Part shown: positions 1-12,390 of the stretch, piece by piece
How the letters are laid out: each line of letters begins with the position of its first letter
Position numbering within the stretch: position 1 is the first letter of the stretch
Assembly (NCBI RefSeq): GCF_021869535.1
Contig: NW_026262723.1
Coordinates: forward strand, 20,460,001 to 20,524,000
Direction: 5' to 3'
DNA length: 64,000 nucleotides
DNA from: Mytilus californianus
Lineage: Eukaryota
The notes under the pieces: model-generated
Database searches by the model: none
Seen by the model: the letters and a program-made list of their open reading frames with translations, nothing else
What the model was told of the DNA's origin: nothing
Position numbers and translations under genes: made by a program

Positions 1-294
1 AGGGGCATTGGTTGTCAATATCATGTTCATCGATTTGACTCAAATTCTCATATTTGATTTATAGCATACTAAAACATATATCCAAATTATAAAAAGTATA
101 AAATAAACAATTTACAAGGCATAGGCTCGATAATATTTTTCATCGTCTCTTGTGTATTTTAGTCTAGACGCCGTCTAATTAACTATCGAGTTGACCTCCG
201 AAGACTGCCGACGGTCATATAAGCGATTTATAAACATAAATATAGATATAAATAGATAGCAAACTCGTGCAATAGGATTTGTCTAGGTCTGTTT

Positions 295-972
295 AATTAT
301 ATATGGTTAAAAATATAGGGACGATGGATTCATAATATATGATGGAACATCAAATGAAATTGCAGATTCTTTTCGTCTAGCAAATAATTATAACCCCTTA
401 TTGAAGTCCACCTATGAAATCTCAAACGACAAAATGCCGTTCTTAGATGTTCATGTAATTAAAGGTCAAAGATTTACAACACATGGCATTCTTGACCTTG
501 AAGCACATTTTAAAGAAACAAATTATTATCTCTATCTGCATAGAAATAGCTGTCACTCACAGCATGTATTCCGAGGATTTATTAAAGGTGAAGCAATACG
601 GCAAATTAGAAACACAAATGACCATAACAATTTAATAAACAATCTAACTAATTTCAAAGTCAAATTGTTAGATAGGGGTTATGATAACGTCGAAATAGAT
701 GATACTATTACTGATGCTTTATCAATTGACCGTACTGAATTATTACAGCAAAATAAATCGAAGGAAAAAGAAAATATTCCGTTAGTTTTGATAACTAAAT
801 ATAATCCATATATATATATATATACGTAAAATAAAGAAACGGGCATTTATTACAGTTTGACGAAGATTGTGTATAAATATTCAATGCTGCACCAATAGTT
901 GCGTATAGCAAACATAAAAGTGTTGGAGATATGCTTAGTAGATCAAAGTTGAAGACTTTATCATAAAATTGA
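295..972 (+). mobile_element. Degenerate Penelope-like element: RT catalytic motif to C-terminal thumb/HTH region, no endonuclease visible
   Basis: With one frameshift, 301-400 reads IWLK/YRDDGFIIYDG (RT YxDD motif at 314-325). It continues in frame into ORF 401-829 (MPFLDV...YLYLHRNSCHSQHVFRGFIKGEAIRQIR...KLLDRGY, the PLE pattern). After another shift it reads FNAAPIVAYSKHKSVGDMLSRSKLK at ~878-955. Confidence 0.85.
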
Positions 973-1534
973 CAGTTGGACCCCTGATGATGGTAGATCT
1001 GTCATAATAACTAGACCTATTGATGAAGAATTGAAATATAAATATATCAATATATACATGAATAATTTTCATATTTGATTATACTAAAATAAAGCATCTA
1101 AAATGACCATCCCAAGCCAGAGCCTCTAATCCCAAGCTTTAACTGCCGAAACACTAAAATAGTGATCAATAGTACATGTTGGGTCCTATCATGCAATTAA
1201 GGATGCGTGATTGCATGGGTGTTTTATAATAACAAAACTCAATGAAAATCAACAAAGCACTTAAATAACTTTTTCAAGTAAATCATTTTTGGCAATTTTA
1301 TCAAGTGAGAAGTAAATATTTCTGTACTTAACTTTTAATTTTCACTTTTTTTTTTTTTTTCATTTTCAAAATTCAATATCCCTAAAAATGTACCAATATC
1401 CCATATCCCATTTATTTTTAGGACAAATATCCCATATCCCTAAAATTAAAATGGCAAATATCCCGTATCCCAATATACCCTATACAAGCCTCGGAAATTG
1501 ACAATTCAGAACAGAATGATTTACAGAATGATTT

Positions 1535-1910
1535 ACAACTCTAGAACAGTAAAAGTGACGGCACCAAAATTCAAACTTGATCTGTATATTGTGGTAATAA
1601 GCATTGTGTATAAGTTTCATAACATTTGATTGAGGCAAACTTAAGTTAGAGAACGGAAACGAAAAATTTAGCAATTTTTCCATTTGTAAAGGAGCATAAC
1701 TCTAGAACGGTAAAAGTGACGCCTCCAAAATTCATACTTGATCTGTATTTAGTGGTAATAAGCATTGTGTATAAGTTTCATAACATTTGGTTGAGGCAAA
1801 CTAAAGTAAGAGAACGGAAACCAACTTTGGGACGTACGGACGGACGGACGGACGTACAGAAGGACACGGGTAAAACTTAATGCCCCCTCCGCTACGGCGG
1901 GAGCATAAAA
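1535..1910 (+). mobile_element. 3' part of pearl/HINE-type non-autonomous element, family A (~160-bp core repeat)
   Basis: About two core units, then a (GGAC)n microsatellite, the terminal hairpin ATGCCCCCTCCGCTACGGCGGGAGCAT and an A-run. Same core as 43921-44930 and 60841-61738. Confidence 0.75.
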
Positions 1911-2169
1911 CAAACTTACCACATAAACTTCGTGAATTTAATGTCATTAATACATTCGTTTCACATTCTTATGACAAATATTTGTTTCCGGTATTATGTA
2001 TATAGCTCAATACATAACAGGTGTCTTAGAATAATATATGTGCATAGACGTGTATCTGTAAATTTATATTGCACATGTATATTTAGATATCTTAAATACT
2101 TTGCAGCATGGCATAACTACGTTGGGGGATATTGTTACAAGGAAAGCTTTGTGTAACAATATGATGGCG

Positions 2170-2830
2170 AATGTAACCCTATCTTTGATGGGATGGGTCA
2201 ATATGGTTTTGTTATTATAAACATATATGTTGTTTATAAATATGATTTATTGATTTAATTATACATGTTTATCATTTTGTTGCTTCTTCGTCATTTTGAT
2301 AATAAATGACAGTTTTCAATTCATGCATATTGTTTGTTTGTCATTCCTTCATCCCATCAAACAGAGCAAGAATGCTAATTTTTATTAAACATGATTTTTT
2401 GGCAAACTTGGCGGTACTATACATAGCGGCTTTATTCTATGATTTTATGTTGGAAAAATGTTTAGTACAAATTTAAGTTAGTTCCTTCCCCTGTTGTTAT
2501 CTGATTTCAGAAGGCGCTTCAGTTGCCGATTGAAAGTGGCAGGAAAACTTGAGAACTGAAATTATACTCCCTGGATAACTCATTTCAATAATAAATTTTT
2601 TTTTTAATCATTTTAAAATTGACATATGTTATATTAATTGGAAATATTCAACATACATTGGTAAGGCACATACATTTTTTTTTATTTTGATATGCAAGAT
2701 ATCAGTGTTATATTCGAATGTAACCCAATCCTTGATGGGCAAATGTAACCCCATTTTTGATGGGATGAGTCAATAAGGTTTGTCATTATAAACATATATG
2801 TTGTTTATAAATATGATTTATTAAATTATA
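2170..2830 (+). repeat. Local direct repeat of ~90 bp (2170-2260 vs 2742-2830)
   Basis: AATGTAACCC..TTTGATGGGATG.GTCAAT...TTATAAACATATATGTTGTTTATAAATATGATTTATT occurs twice; a partial third start is at 2716. Confidence 0.8.
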
Positions 2831-3647
2831 CATTTTGTTGCTTGTGTTGGCATATGATACTCAGGTTATAAGACCCTAGATTTTGACATAATTTTAAAGA
2901 ACAAAGCATCCAGGTATTATATACCATAGTTTCATAAACTATGTGTGGCATATGATACCCAGGTTATACCACCAATTTTAGAATAAATTGAACAAATATA
3001 AATGCAATAAACTCCCATTACTTTATCAAATTAATAAATTTCTGAGTAAATTTCCTGGGACTTATGGCTTGCCCGTAATTATGATTTCAGAAATCTGTTA
3101 GTCTTAAAAACTAAATCATTATACACATTCAATGCAATGACTCGTGTCGAATCTCTTGGTAGAAGCTGGCGTAATGTTACCGACTGAATCCCAACTCGTG
3201 TTTTCATTGGTTGGGATAATAAAATCATCCGTAACCCAAATTCCTTTGTCGTGGCAGTTTGCTTCAATTTTTTTTTAAGATTTGAAAGAACAAACATTAA
3301 ACATTCGTATATTGTACATTTATGTTTATCTAATGAATTGATTATTTGGGCAAAGTAATTAATATTTCATTAAGGTTTTCAAAAGCAATGCATATATATC
3401 AATGTAAATGACCCCCATCTTCACCCCAAATCCATGATGTCACTCCATACCAAGTTTGGAATAAAATGACAGGTGATTATAACAGTTGGTCAAACATTCT
3501 TGGGCTTTACACTGCTTGAAAGATTTATATGTTTTCTTTAAAATGAGCCATAAATGAAAATTATTAAAGGCCCAGAAGTAATTCAAAAAATAATTAGTGT
3601 AAACTCAATTAACCTAGACTCATTTTTTGAATCAATAAAATTTTATA

Positions 3648-4905
3648 ATAAACAAGAAATAATTGTAACAGGATGCCGTCTCCCAAACAAAGCTCCCATA
3701 ATTCGTCAACCCCATGGTCGCCTGACATTGGGCAAAGTCCAGTACATATTGGTTTGGTCTAGTAAAGTGATATGCATATGTGACGCCTAGGGGATTGACC
3801 CTGTATGTCAGTCAAATCTTTTTGAAATGACGAACAGGAAATAATATGGTTTAGGAGTCACTGTGGGTATCTCGACCATTTACAAGTTCTCAAACAGGAG
3901 GGGGTGGGGTAACCCCAGGGACTCCCCCTATATTTCATTTGATTTGTTTTATTGTCCCATACATGTATACATATGGTTTAGGGGTGGAGATCTCAACCAT
4001 TTCCAAGTTCTCAAACAGTAGGGGGTGGGGTGACCCCAGGGGCTCCCCATATATTTCATTTGATTTGTTAAATTGTCCTATACATGAATAAATATGGTTT
4101 ATGGGTGGGGATCTCTACCGTTTACAAGTTCTCAAACAGGAGGGGTGGGGTGACCCCAAGGACTCCCCCTATATTTCATTTGATTTGTTTTATTGTCCCA
4201 TACATGAATATATATGATGTAAGGGTGGGGATCTCGACTGTTTACAAGTTCTCAAACAGGAGGGGTGGGGTGACTCCAGGGACTCCCCCTATATTTCATT
4301 TGATTTGTTTTATTGTCCCATACATAAATATACTAGTATATGGTTTAGGGTGGGGATCTCGACCATTTCCAAGTTCTCAAACAGTAGGGGGTGGGGTGAC
4401 CCCAGGGACTCCCCATATATTTCATTTGATTTGTTATATTGTCCCATACATGAATATATATGGTTTAGGGGTGGGGATCTCGACCGTTTACAAGTTCTCA
4501 AACAGAAGGGCATGGGTGACACCAGGTACTCCCCAAAATTATTTTCATTTGATTTGTTTTATTGTCCCATACAAGTATATATATGGTTTAGGGGTGGGGG
4601 TTGCGACCGTTTACAAGATAAAAGCACATTTTCAAATTGAAGTGGGTTGGGATGACCTCCAGGGACTCATCCTATACTTTATTTGATTTGTTTTATTGTC
4701 CTTTACTCATTACTGAAGACCGCGTGTGTCTATCACTTACTGTTTTTTAGAAATAGTCATTTAAAAATTTAAAAACTAAACCCCATAGGGTTCTACAGTA
4801 AACCAATCCCTTCTTTAGGCCCCTCAAAATACCCCTAAATAGACCCCAATGCACAAACAAAAGATTGATGGCTCCGCTAGACATGTTAGTCTAACATTTT
4901 ATGAA
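3648..4905 (+). mobile_element. pearl/HINE-type element, family B, with ~120-bp tandem array (~3840-4690)
   Basis: Starts AAACAAGA, carries ~7 units of 120 bp (GGGGTGGGGTGACCCC at 4021, 4141, 4261) and ends near the hairpin TAGAC-ATGTTA-GTCTA. Head, core and tail match the reverse complement of 38742-40130. Confidence 0.75.
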
Positions 4906-5619
4906 ACCCTAGGTAAATCTGACAAGCGGTCCAAGTTGTCTTCTTAGACGGTTCGAGTGGATTCGGTCTGACTTGTCTTGGGGACAAGTTGTCCACATTA
5001 CTCAAAACATCCCATCGACGTCGTATTCATAAAACAACAACCTTATTTGGCAAGATAAGTTGTAAAATTACCGCCAACTTAGATATATAACTTTATTTCC
5101 TCTATCATAGAGATTTGTTCTACATGAACAATATTCTTGCGCATTTTGCCATTTGAGAAATATAAACGACTTGTAATTACAGATTTTCGGCGATGAAATA
5201 TTTCATACAATTGTTCTTTGACATCTTAGCCAAAAGCACAGGGGATAATAAACTACGTACATATTTCTATTGAGCACTATTTCCTATGTGCAACTTCAAA
5301 TATTATGGGTTGTTCGACGATCATTTAAGGTTATTCTGGTTATATTTTTTGTATTCCAGAATTAAAAGTATGAAAATAATGTCCAATTAGTTATAAAAAA
5401 TTTATCAGCCTGCTAGATTATAACAATGGCATTTTTTTCATTCGTTGGGAAGAACACAAATCTAGGGTGCTAGCATAAGGCAGCTTAACTGCCTAAAAAT
5501 GCTGGACAAAACTTTTTCATCCTAGACCCCCCCCCCCCCCCCATAAAAATCAAATGGTAGCTCCCTAAGTGAATGATCATTTACACTCATGACTCACCAG
5601 CAGGCAGCATAGATGTTTA

Positions 5620-5950
5620 ATAAACAGCTGCGCCATGAGCGCATGATACGCCCGTCGTCTTGTTTGTGAATTTTTATGCAATAATCATAAATAGTTTCTG
5701 ACATACGGCGCGACATGCAAACCCCCCCCCCCCCCCCTTTTTTTTTTTACAAAAAAAACTCAATATCTCTAAAACAAAGTTTTGAATCAAAACCAAAAAG
5801 TATACAGATCTTTAGATTAATATAAGTAAGAAGTGTGTAAAATTTTAAGCAATAATCATAAATTGTTTTTGAGATACGGCGCGACATGTGAAAACCCCCC
5901 TTTTTAAAAAAAAATAAATGCCAAATGGGATTAGAGAACCACAGGTCTGC
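5620..5950 (+). mobile_element. Fragment of another pearl/HINE-type repeat
   Basis: Head AAACAGCTGCGCCATGAGCGCATGATACGCCCG followed by two related units (GCAATAATCATAAAT...GGCGCGACATG..AAACCCCCC). Confidence 0.45.
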
Positions 5951-6739
5951 CAACTTTTAATAATGCACATGCGTAAGATTTGGCCAAAATCGTAAAGATC
6001 AAAGAGAAAAAAACAATAGATCAAAGGAAAATGCCGCCAAATAAGCATGAAAATGCGTGAGTCGTGAGACTTGGCAGCCCTGGAACCACCTCTGGAGAAC
6101 CTTAACATTAATAAGTAATACTTACCAACATTTCTCTATACTAAACGCTATTTTCTATTGGAAAATTTCAGAGAGACGCTGATAAACTTATTTGGTGATA
6201 CAGGTTATTTTCTTGTTTTGGCGCGAAATATTCTTACTCTTAATGCTTGACGTAACAAAATTTGTATAGAATTATATTTAACTAAAGCTCAGCGTAAATA
6301 TGCAGAAGCATGACAATACATTAATGATAAAATGTGTAAATATTTCTGTAAAAGAATATAATTTTACTTTACCAGTATACTTCACTTAGAATTACATTTG
6401 AGCGCAAGAAAATCTCTTTGTGAAACGGCATAATCTCGGAGTCGAAGTTAAATATATCAACGGAAAGTTTTGCGTGTGCTTGTGTTGCTTTACATCGAAC
6501 AGCTTTTCAACTAATCGGGGAATGTTTACTTGGGGCAAACATCTATTTGGGGTCAGACCTATAATCCGACAGTCCCATAATCCGACAGTCCTGTAGTCCG
6601 ACAGTCCTATAATCAGACAGCCCGATTGTCCGACGCGCGGTCATCTTAAAAAATATGCCTATATAGACATGGAACGTTTATAAATTGATGTATTTTTCAC
6701 ACAGAAAATTATCAAAAAGGTCTGTCTGTCTGTGTGTTT

Positions 6740-7074
6740 NNNNNNNNNNNNNNNNNNNNNNNNNNNNNNNNNNNNNNNNNNNNNNNNNNNNNNNNNNNNN
6801 NNNNNNNNNNNNNNNNNNNNNNNNNNNNNNNNNNNNNNNNNNNNNNNNNNNNNNNNNNNNNNNNNNNNNNNNNNNNNNNNNNNNNNNNNNNNNNNNNNNN
6901 NNNNNNNNNNNNNNNNNNNNNNNNNNNNNNNNNNNNNNNNNNNNNNNNNNNNNNNNNNNNNNNNNNNNNNNNNNNNNNNNNNNNNNNNNNNNNNNNNNNN
7001 NNNNNNNNNNNNNNNNNNNNNNNNNNNNNNNNNNNNNNNNNNNNNNNNNNNNNNNNNNNNNNNNNNNNNNNNNN
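6740..7074. other. Assembly gap (335 N)
   Basis: Run of N. Confidence 1.
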
Positions 7075-7491
7075 CGTTATCCGAAGAACCCCTCGAGAGC
7101 TGCGAGGGTACAGTGGAATCCATGTACACTCCCTATCGGGATTAATGGAGATGTGTCACTAACGTAAATTTACAAGGACAATCCCCATCCAACACAAAGG
7201 GAGTGCTAGGACAACGGAAGTCTGTTATTGTGGTGGAGGAAGCCGAAGTATTCGTAGAGAACCAGGGGCTGTTAGGCGTGAACAGACAACCGAAGAGTTA
7301 CCACCAGATTGATTTCCAGGTCAAAGTTGTGGGCAACCTCGACCACCGAGGCCCCAAAGTTTAAATTCCGGTCTTGGTAGCAGAGATGTGAGATGGAGGG
7401 TGAAATTCACCCTTCTGAGTAATGAAATGTCTCGCACCCGGAGTCAGTATCGAACCCGGGACCTTCAGCACTGCAGCCATCGGTCTTAACC
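7075..7491 (-). mobile_element. tRNA-derived SINE, possibly V-domain type, truncated by the gap
   Basis: The reverse complement of 7435-7491 is tRNA-like (GGTTAAGACCGATGGCTGCAGTGCTGAAGGTCCCGGGTTCGATACT, B-box-like GGTTCGA). Internal GTGGTGGAGGAAGCCGAAGTATTCGTAGAGAACC resembles the V-SINE core in antisense. Confidence 0.6.
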
Positions 7492-8011
7492 TCTATCTGC
7501 TTCTGATATCTGCTTTGTCTGCTGTGTTTGAATAAGTACTGTCTTCACGTCATTGTCCATCTTTGTTCCCTATCTTTTTCCCATAATTGGTATCATGTAC
7601 TGATGATTCTATAACTAGGAATGCTTATAGGTCCATATTATATACTAATAATTTACATAGAGTGTTATCATTTATAAACCTGAAAAAGTCAGGTTTTGGC
7701 AATTAAATTACCAGATAAAGACTAGATAGTACAGCGATTTATATTGCCATACGTCAAGAGTAGTGATAAGGTATAATTTTGATGACAGGAAATAGACGCA
7801 ATTTATTAAGATTTCATTCCAAATCATGAATTATGAAACATCTTCTGAAAGTGTTACTGCATCTTGAAAATAAGTTGAGATAATGACACTATTCCTATTT
7901 TATCAAAACTAATTGCTCTTTTAAGTACAAGAGAAAAAAAAAATTATTTCTTTTATATAGGTAATTCAATCCGATGTAGTCGTTTCATATCTTCGGGACG
8001 AACGCCCCTCT

Positions 8012-8172
8012 CGGTGGCGGATCCAGAAATTTTAATAAGTGGGGCCAACTGCATGACTGCCTAAGAGGGGACCCGCTGTGGTTATGCTTCAGTGATTCAC
8101 TATATAATCAACAAAATTTTTTCCCAAAAAAAGGGGGACTGGCACCCTGGGACCCCTCTAAATCCGCCTCTG
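8012..8172. mobile_element. MITE of the CAGTGGCGGATCC family (nested in the 6549-8587 element)
   Basis: Termini CGGTGGCGGATCC / AATCCGCCTCTG; flanks CCTCT / CCTCA (4 of 5 match). Confidence 0.7.
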
Positions 8173-8995
8173 CCTCAGATATGAGAAGCTTACATCCAAT
8201 ACATTTGGCATATCACATTCAACCACATTATACGTTACATGCACGTGCATACTCGTGTATGTAAACAGACACTCAACATCGACATGCATGATGAATAGGA
8301 ATGGAATATTATATTAATTGTTCAAACATTATAGGATTTAATTGTTATCCCATTACAACGCATTCCACTTTTTAAATTTAAAAAAAATGCTCGCGTTTCG
8401 GCAGTATGCTAATACACTTATATGAAGACAATATCCATATCCTTTGAAGCAGTACACTACGGCTTCGTGTCGGACCATTGGACTGTCGGATTAACGGACT
8501 GTCGGATTATCGGACTGTCGGACTATCGGTCTGTCGGACTACTGGACTGTCGGAATTTCGGGGTGTCGGATTATAGCTACGCTCCCCATCCATTTTTACT
8601 GCAGGTTTTGACATGTTTAAATCGGGATTATAGAAAAATGGAATGTTGTTGGTAGATACAAAACAGAAAATGATGAACACTTTTAGCAAAAGATAAATTG
8701 GATCGGGGGTCTGTGTATTCACATTATTTGTACAACTCTCCTTACTCTTGGGAAGCGTGTGCTTTACATCGAGGGCGTTGCTTTACATCGAGGCTTGCAT
8801 TGCTTTACCTCAATTAACGCCATAGTAGTTCAACCAATCGGGGAATGTTTATTTGGGGCATACGTCTATTTTTACTGCAGGTTTTGGCATATTTTAATCG
8901 AAATTAGAGAAAGATGGAATGATGTTAGGAGATACAAAACAGAAAATGATAAATATTTTTAGCAAAAGATGAATTGGATCGGGGTTCTGTGTATT

Positions 8996-10180
8996 TGTAA
9001 GCCAAAATTTGTTCCTGTGAAAAAAGTTCCAGTGGAACTTATATCACAGGAAATATGTTCTGGGAGAACTTTTTTCACAGGTAATTTCTATATAATTTGT
9101 TCCATCTCTATAAAATAAGTTCCACCCTTTACCTGGTGAAATAAGTACCGGGTTGGTGAAATTTGTTCCTTACCTAGTGAAATAAGTTTCGGGTTTATGA
9201 GATTTGTTCCTTACCTGGTAAAATAAGTTCTGAGTTTGTGAAATTTGTTCCCCATCTGGTGAAATAAGTTCCTTGCCTGTGAAATATGTTTCACTGGTTA
9301 AACAAGTTATCTTATATACTGAGCATTTGTCATCAGTGAGTTTAAAGTTATCATTCAAGTGCATTATAAAAATAAGTAGTATATTAATAATATAATAGAT
9401 AAAAAGTGTAAATCATCCAGTTTGGATCCTATGGAGTATAGCCGAAATGTTTAATTATATACTCTGTAAAAAATATCTAAATGACACTTTTGAACCAGAA
9501 AAGATAAGAATAAGAAAAATCATTCAGAAAAAAAGTATAGTTTAAGAGGAACATATGTACTAATTTGAAAAGGACAAAGTGATTTGATCATTTATAAATA
9601 TCAAAAGACATGTAGGAAAAAAAAAAGACACACTCTTTTGAAACTATGCCATATCCTAAGTACATGTATGACTAGAACACGGGGCCATGACAGTTAACAG
9701 GAACCAAGGAGTAATACCGCATAAAACATAAATACAAATTATGATACATTACCATCGCTTTTATTTCTTATCTTCATCCTATAGTTACAGTCATGCCTTC
9801 AATTACAAATTTATCCCATGCAAGTACACTCAGTACAGCATTTAGCTTGCATTATAATTTAAGTGTAACAAGAAAATGTTTCGGTGTGCAATAATGATTG
9901 AGCGGAACTTATTCATTAGTTTCTATGAAATATTTACATGTTCGTTTAAAACAAATGTCACAGTAACTTAATTAAAACTTTTTATATTATTGAAACAAAA
10001 ATCATGGAGCTATGATTTTTGTTCCGGAACTTATTTTACATTTGGCCAAAAAATTAGTTCCGGAACAAATTTTACAGTGCTGGAACATATTATCTGTGAT
10101 ATAAATTCCGGTGGAACATATTTCCTATGAAATTTGTTCCGGCGGAACAAATGTCACACCGGAACAAATGTTTTGTTACA
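8996..10180. mobile_element. Non-autonomous TIR element with TGT...ACA termini and 4-bp TSD (Ginger-like)
   Basis: Left TGTAAGCCAAAATTTGTTCC and right GGAACAAATGTTTTGTTACA, with repetitive GTTCC/GGAAC subterminal arrays in inverted orientation. Flanks TATT / TGTT. The empty site TGTGTATTCACATT is seen at ~8713-8726. Confidence 0.7.
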
Positions 10181-10224
10181 TGTTCACATTATTTGTACAA
10201 CTCTCCTTACTGATAGCAAAAATG

Positions 10225-10790
10225 GAATTTCCGTGACCTAAATGGTTCGCGAAAATAATATGTTTATATATAGTTTAGTAACAAATAAGAGGGAGCTCAG
10301 CATTCTCAAAATAGCCAGGAATTTGTTCTTTAACGGAATGATCATTAAAAATACCGGCAATATTTACAAAATCAAAACCTTTATTGACATTTTTGATTTT
10401 GATAAAATGTGTTTATGATCTTTAGGGCGATCAATTTTGGGAAACAGTTTAGAATAACAATATGCAATTATAATTTGGACGATTTCATACTGAGGACTGC
10501 AATATGGAATTGTGTTGCAATCCTCTAAAATTTGATGTAGTTTGTTAACAGGTAAAGCACAGAGCTTGGTTAACAAATAATGTCTGCCGTTGTTTTTTGA
10601 AATAGTAACTTGGTCCGAAATATTTATATTGTTGGTACGAAATTTTCTTCTCTGGTTGCGATTAATTCTACACCCATGAGAACGGTATTTGCGATATGTA
10701 TTGTGACTTAATCTGATTATCTAGAGCGGATATTGACCCATAGATTGGTTTAACTGCTTTAACTGGTCGTTAATTAACCCTAGCTTTAAC
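10225..10790 (-). mobile_element. Naiad-type Penelope-like element fragment (EN-RT linker region), frameshifted
   Basis: Open frame 10720->10364 reads RKYRSHGCR...GRHYLLTKLCALPVNKLHQILEDCN...QYEIVQIIIAYCYSKLF. After a shift: HFIKIKNVNKGFDFVNIAGIFNDHSVKEQIPGYFENAELPLICY. This resembles the pre-CxC linker of N-terminal-EN PLEs as recalled. Confidence 0.65.
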
Positions 10791-11329
10791 CATACGTGAT
10801 TTATTACAACTTATCAATGGGGTGTAAATATTGAAAACTATGTGTAATATCTATCTCCAAACGCTTTAATAAACTACATGCTGATTAGAATATGAATACC
10901 ATTTTTTTATTGCTTTCTAAACCAATGATACAGTAATGTTACCATGCATGTCAAATCTTCAGCTTTTAGGAAAGAAATGCCCAACTGAATTCAATCTAAA
11001 ACCAAATGCCGAAGTTTGGTATCAATTATAAAGAACATGTGTTGTGTTTGGTGATATCGACATGGATATGTCTAATGCAGTTAAATATTATAACGATTAC
11101 GGAGTATGATCTAAAACTGAGCCACGTAGAGGCAAAAGAGTTAGTAAAATATTGTATACAAGGAGAAATCTCAAAAGAATTTCGCAGTCTTACATTCCTT
11201 TAGAATGATTTCGGCATCAACCATTCATCTTTTGAGTGTATTGGATGGCGGTGTTCTCGGGACAATCATTTGTTCGACATTAATAAAAAAAAAATCAATA
11301 ACATACTGGAACATTTGTTTTACCGAGCC

Positions 11330-11790
11330 ACGTCCGGTCTGTGTTTTTGATAGATGTTTATCTGCTTTGTATCGATCTGATGAGTTAAGCCCTTTTCAAC
11401 TGATTTTTTAGTTTGTTCTTGTGTTGTACTGTTACACCACTGTTCCTGGTTAGGGGAGGGTTGAGCGCTAACAAACATGTTTAACCCCGCCACATTCTTT
11501 ATGTGCCTGTCCAAAGTCAGGAGCCTGTAGTTCAGTGGTTGTCGATGTTCATGTCTGTCATATTTGTTTTTCGTAAATTGTTTTGTTATAAATTAGGCCG
11601 CTAGTTTTCTCAGTTGAAATGATCCATATTTTCATGTTGGGGCCTTTTATAGCCGACTGTACGGTATGGATTTTTCTCATTGTTGAAGGCCGTACGATTG
11701 CCTATTATCGCCTACATCCTCTTCATTTTAACTATTGTGGATAGTTGTTTCATTTGCAATCATACCACATCTCCTAATTTTTACATTGTT
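11330..11790 (+). mobile_element. Abundant dispersed repeat (3'-UTR part of a Naiad-type PLE)
   Basis: Ends ...GCAATCATACCACATCTCC; reverse complement of 19075-19510. Confidence 0.75.
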
Positions 11791-12390
11791 TTTTTTAACT
11801 CAACAGCATTTTGTGTTTCCCTAATTTTTGATAGAAACCATCAATTTATTAGATATTTCCTCCCCTCCCCCCAAAAAAACCCCAAAATAGTCCCCCCACA
11901 AAAGATAAATGCTTTCAAAAAAGATATCGTTAATAAAACGCTATTGTATTTTTTATAAGACTTACTAAATATAACATATAATGCATGTATGTGTTTCTTG
12001 TTTCAACTACAAATTAAAGAATAGAGAATAAAGTAGTGCTAAAATATAAAGATTACAGAAAAGAAGTGCTAAAATTTTAAGAATTATTATGTTTTTCATA
12101 TACATTTAACCATGGGGAATGACAATTTAAAAACTATATTCAAATGGAATCAAAGGAAACAATGGCAATCTTCTATCAAGCGCTTTGATTTATTTTGGTT
12201 TTTGGGGTAGGTGTTGTAACCTTTATTTGTCATGCTTACATGATTGAAATAGTAAATTTCTGCTCTTAAAATCCCTGGTCGTGCAACAATGGACAGGTTT
12301 TAGTTTGTTCGGCTGGTGAAAAAATTTGTCCGGATACATTATTCCCAACCGAAATTGAGTCTATAATTATTTTAATGACATCCGGTTAGT

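Larger units (their letters stand above)
6549..8587. mobile_element. Foldback-type DNA element, GGGG...CCCC termini, TIRs built from a 14-bp repeat, 8-bp TSD
   Basis: Left arm (TAATCCGACAGTCC)n at 6549-6640 is inverted relative to right arm (GGACTGTCGGATTA)n at 8470-8587. Flanks ATCTATTT (6541-6548) and ATCCATTT (8588-8595). The empty site is visible in the paralogous unit near 8860. Confidence 0.8.

Noticed and set aside
3079-3297. 72-aa minus ORF with protein-like composition
   Set aside because: Short, no clear splice sites or motif; within chance expectation.
4084-4686. 200-aa and overlapping ORFs with repeated motifs
   Set aside because: Translations of the 120-bp tandem array with no splice or homology support; the same applies to 39013-39393, 27856-28641 and 46783-47434.
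6659-7167. Four long ORFs in the track
   Set aside because: They are open only because they span the 335-N gap.
11370-11400. CTGATGAG in the common repeat (also at 19452 and ~53000) as a hammerhead
   Set aside because: No stem II followed by GAAA and UH.
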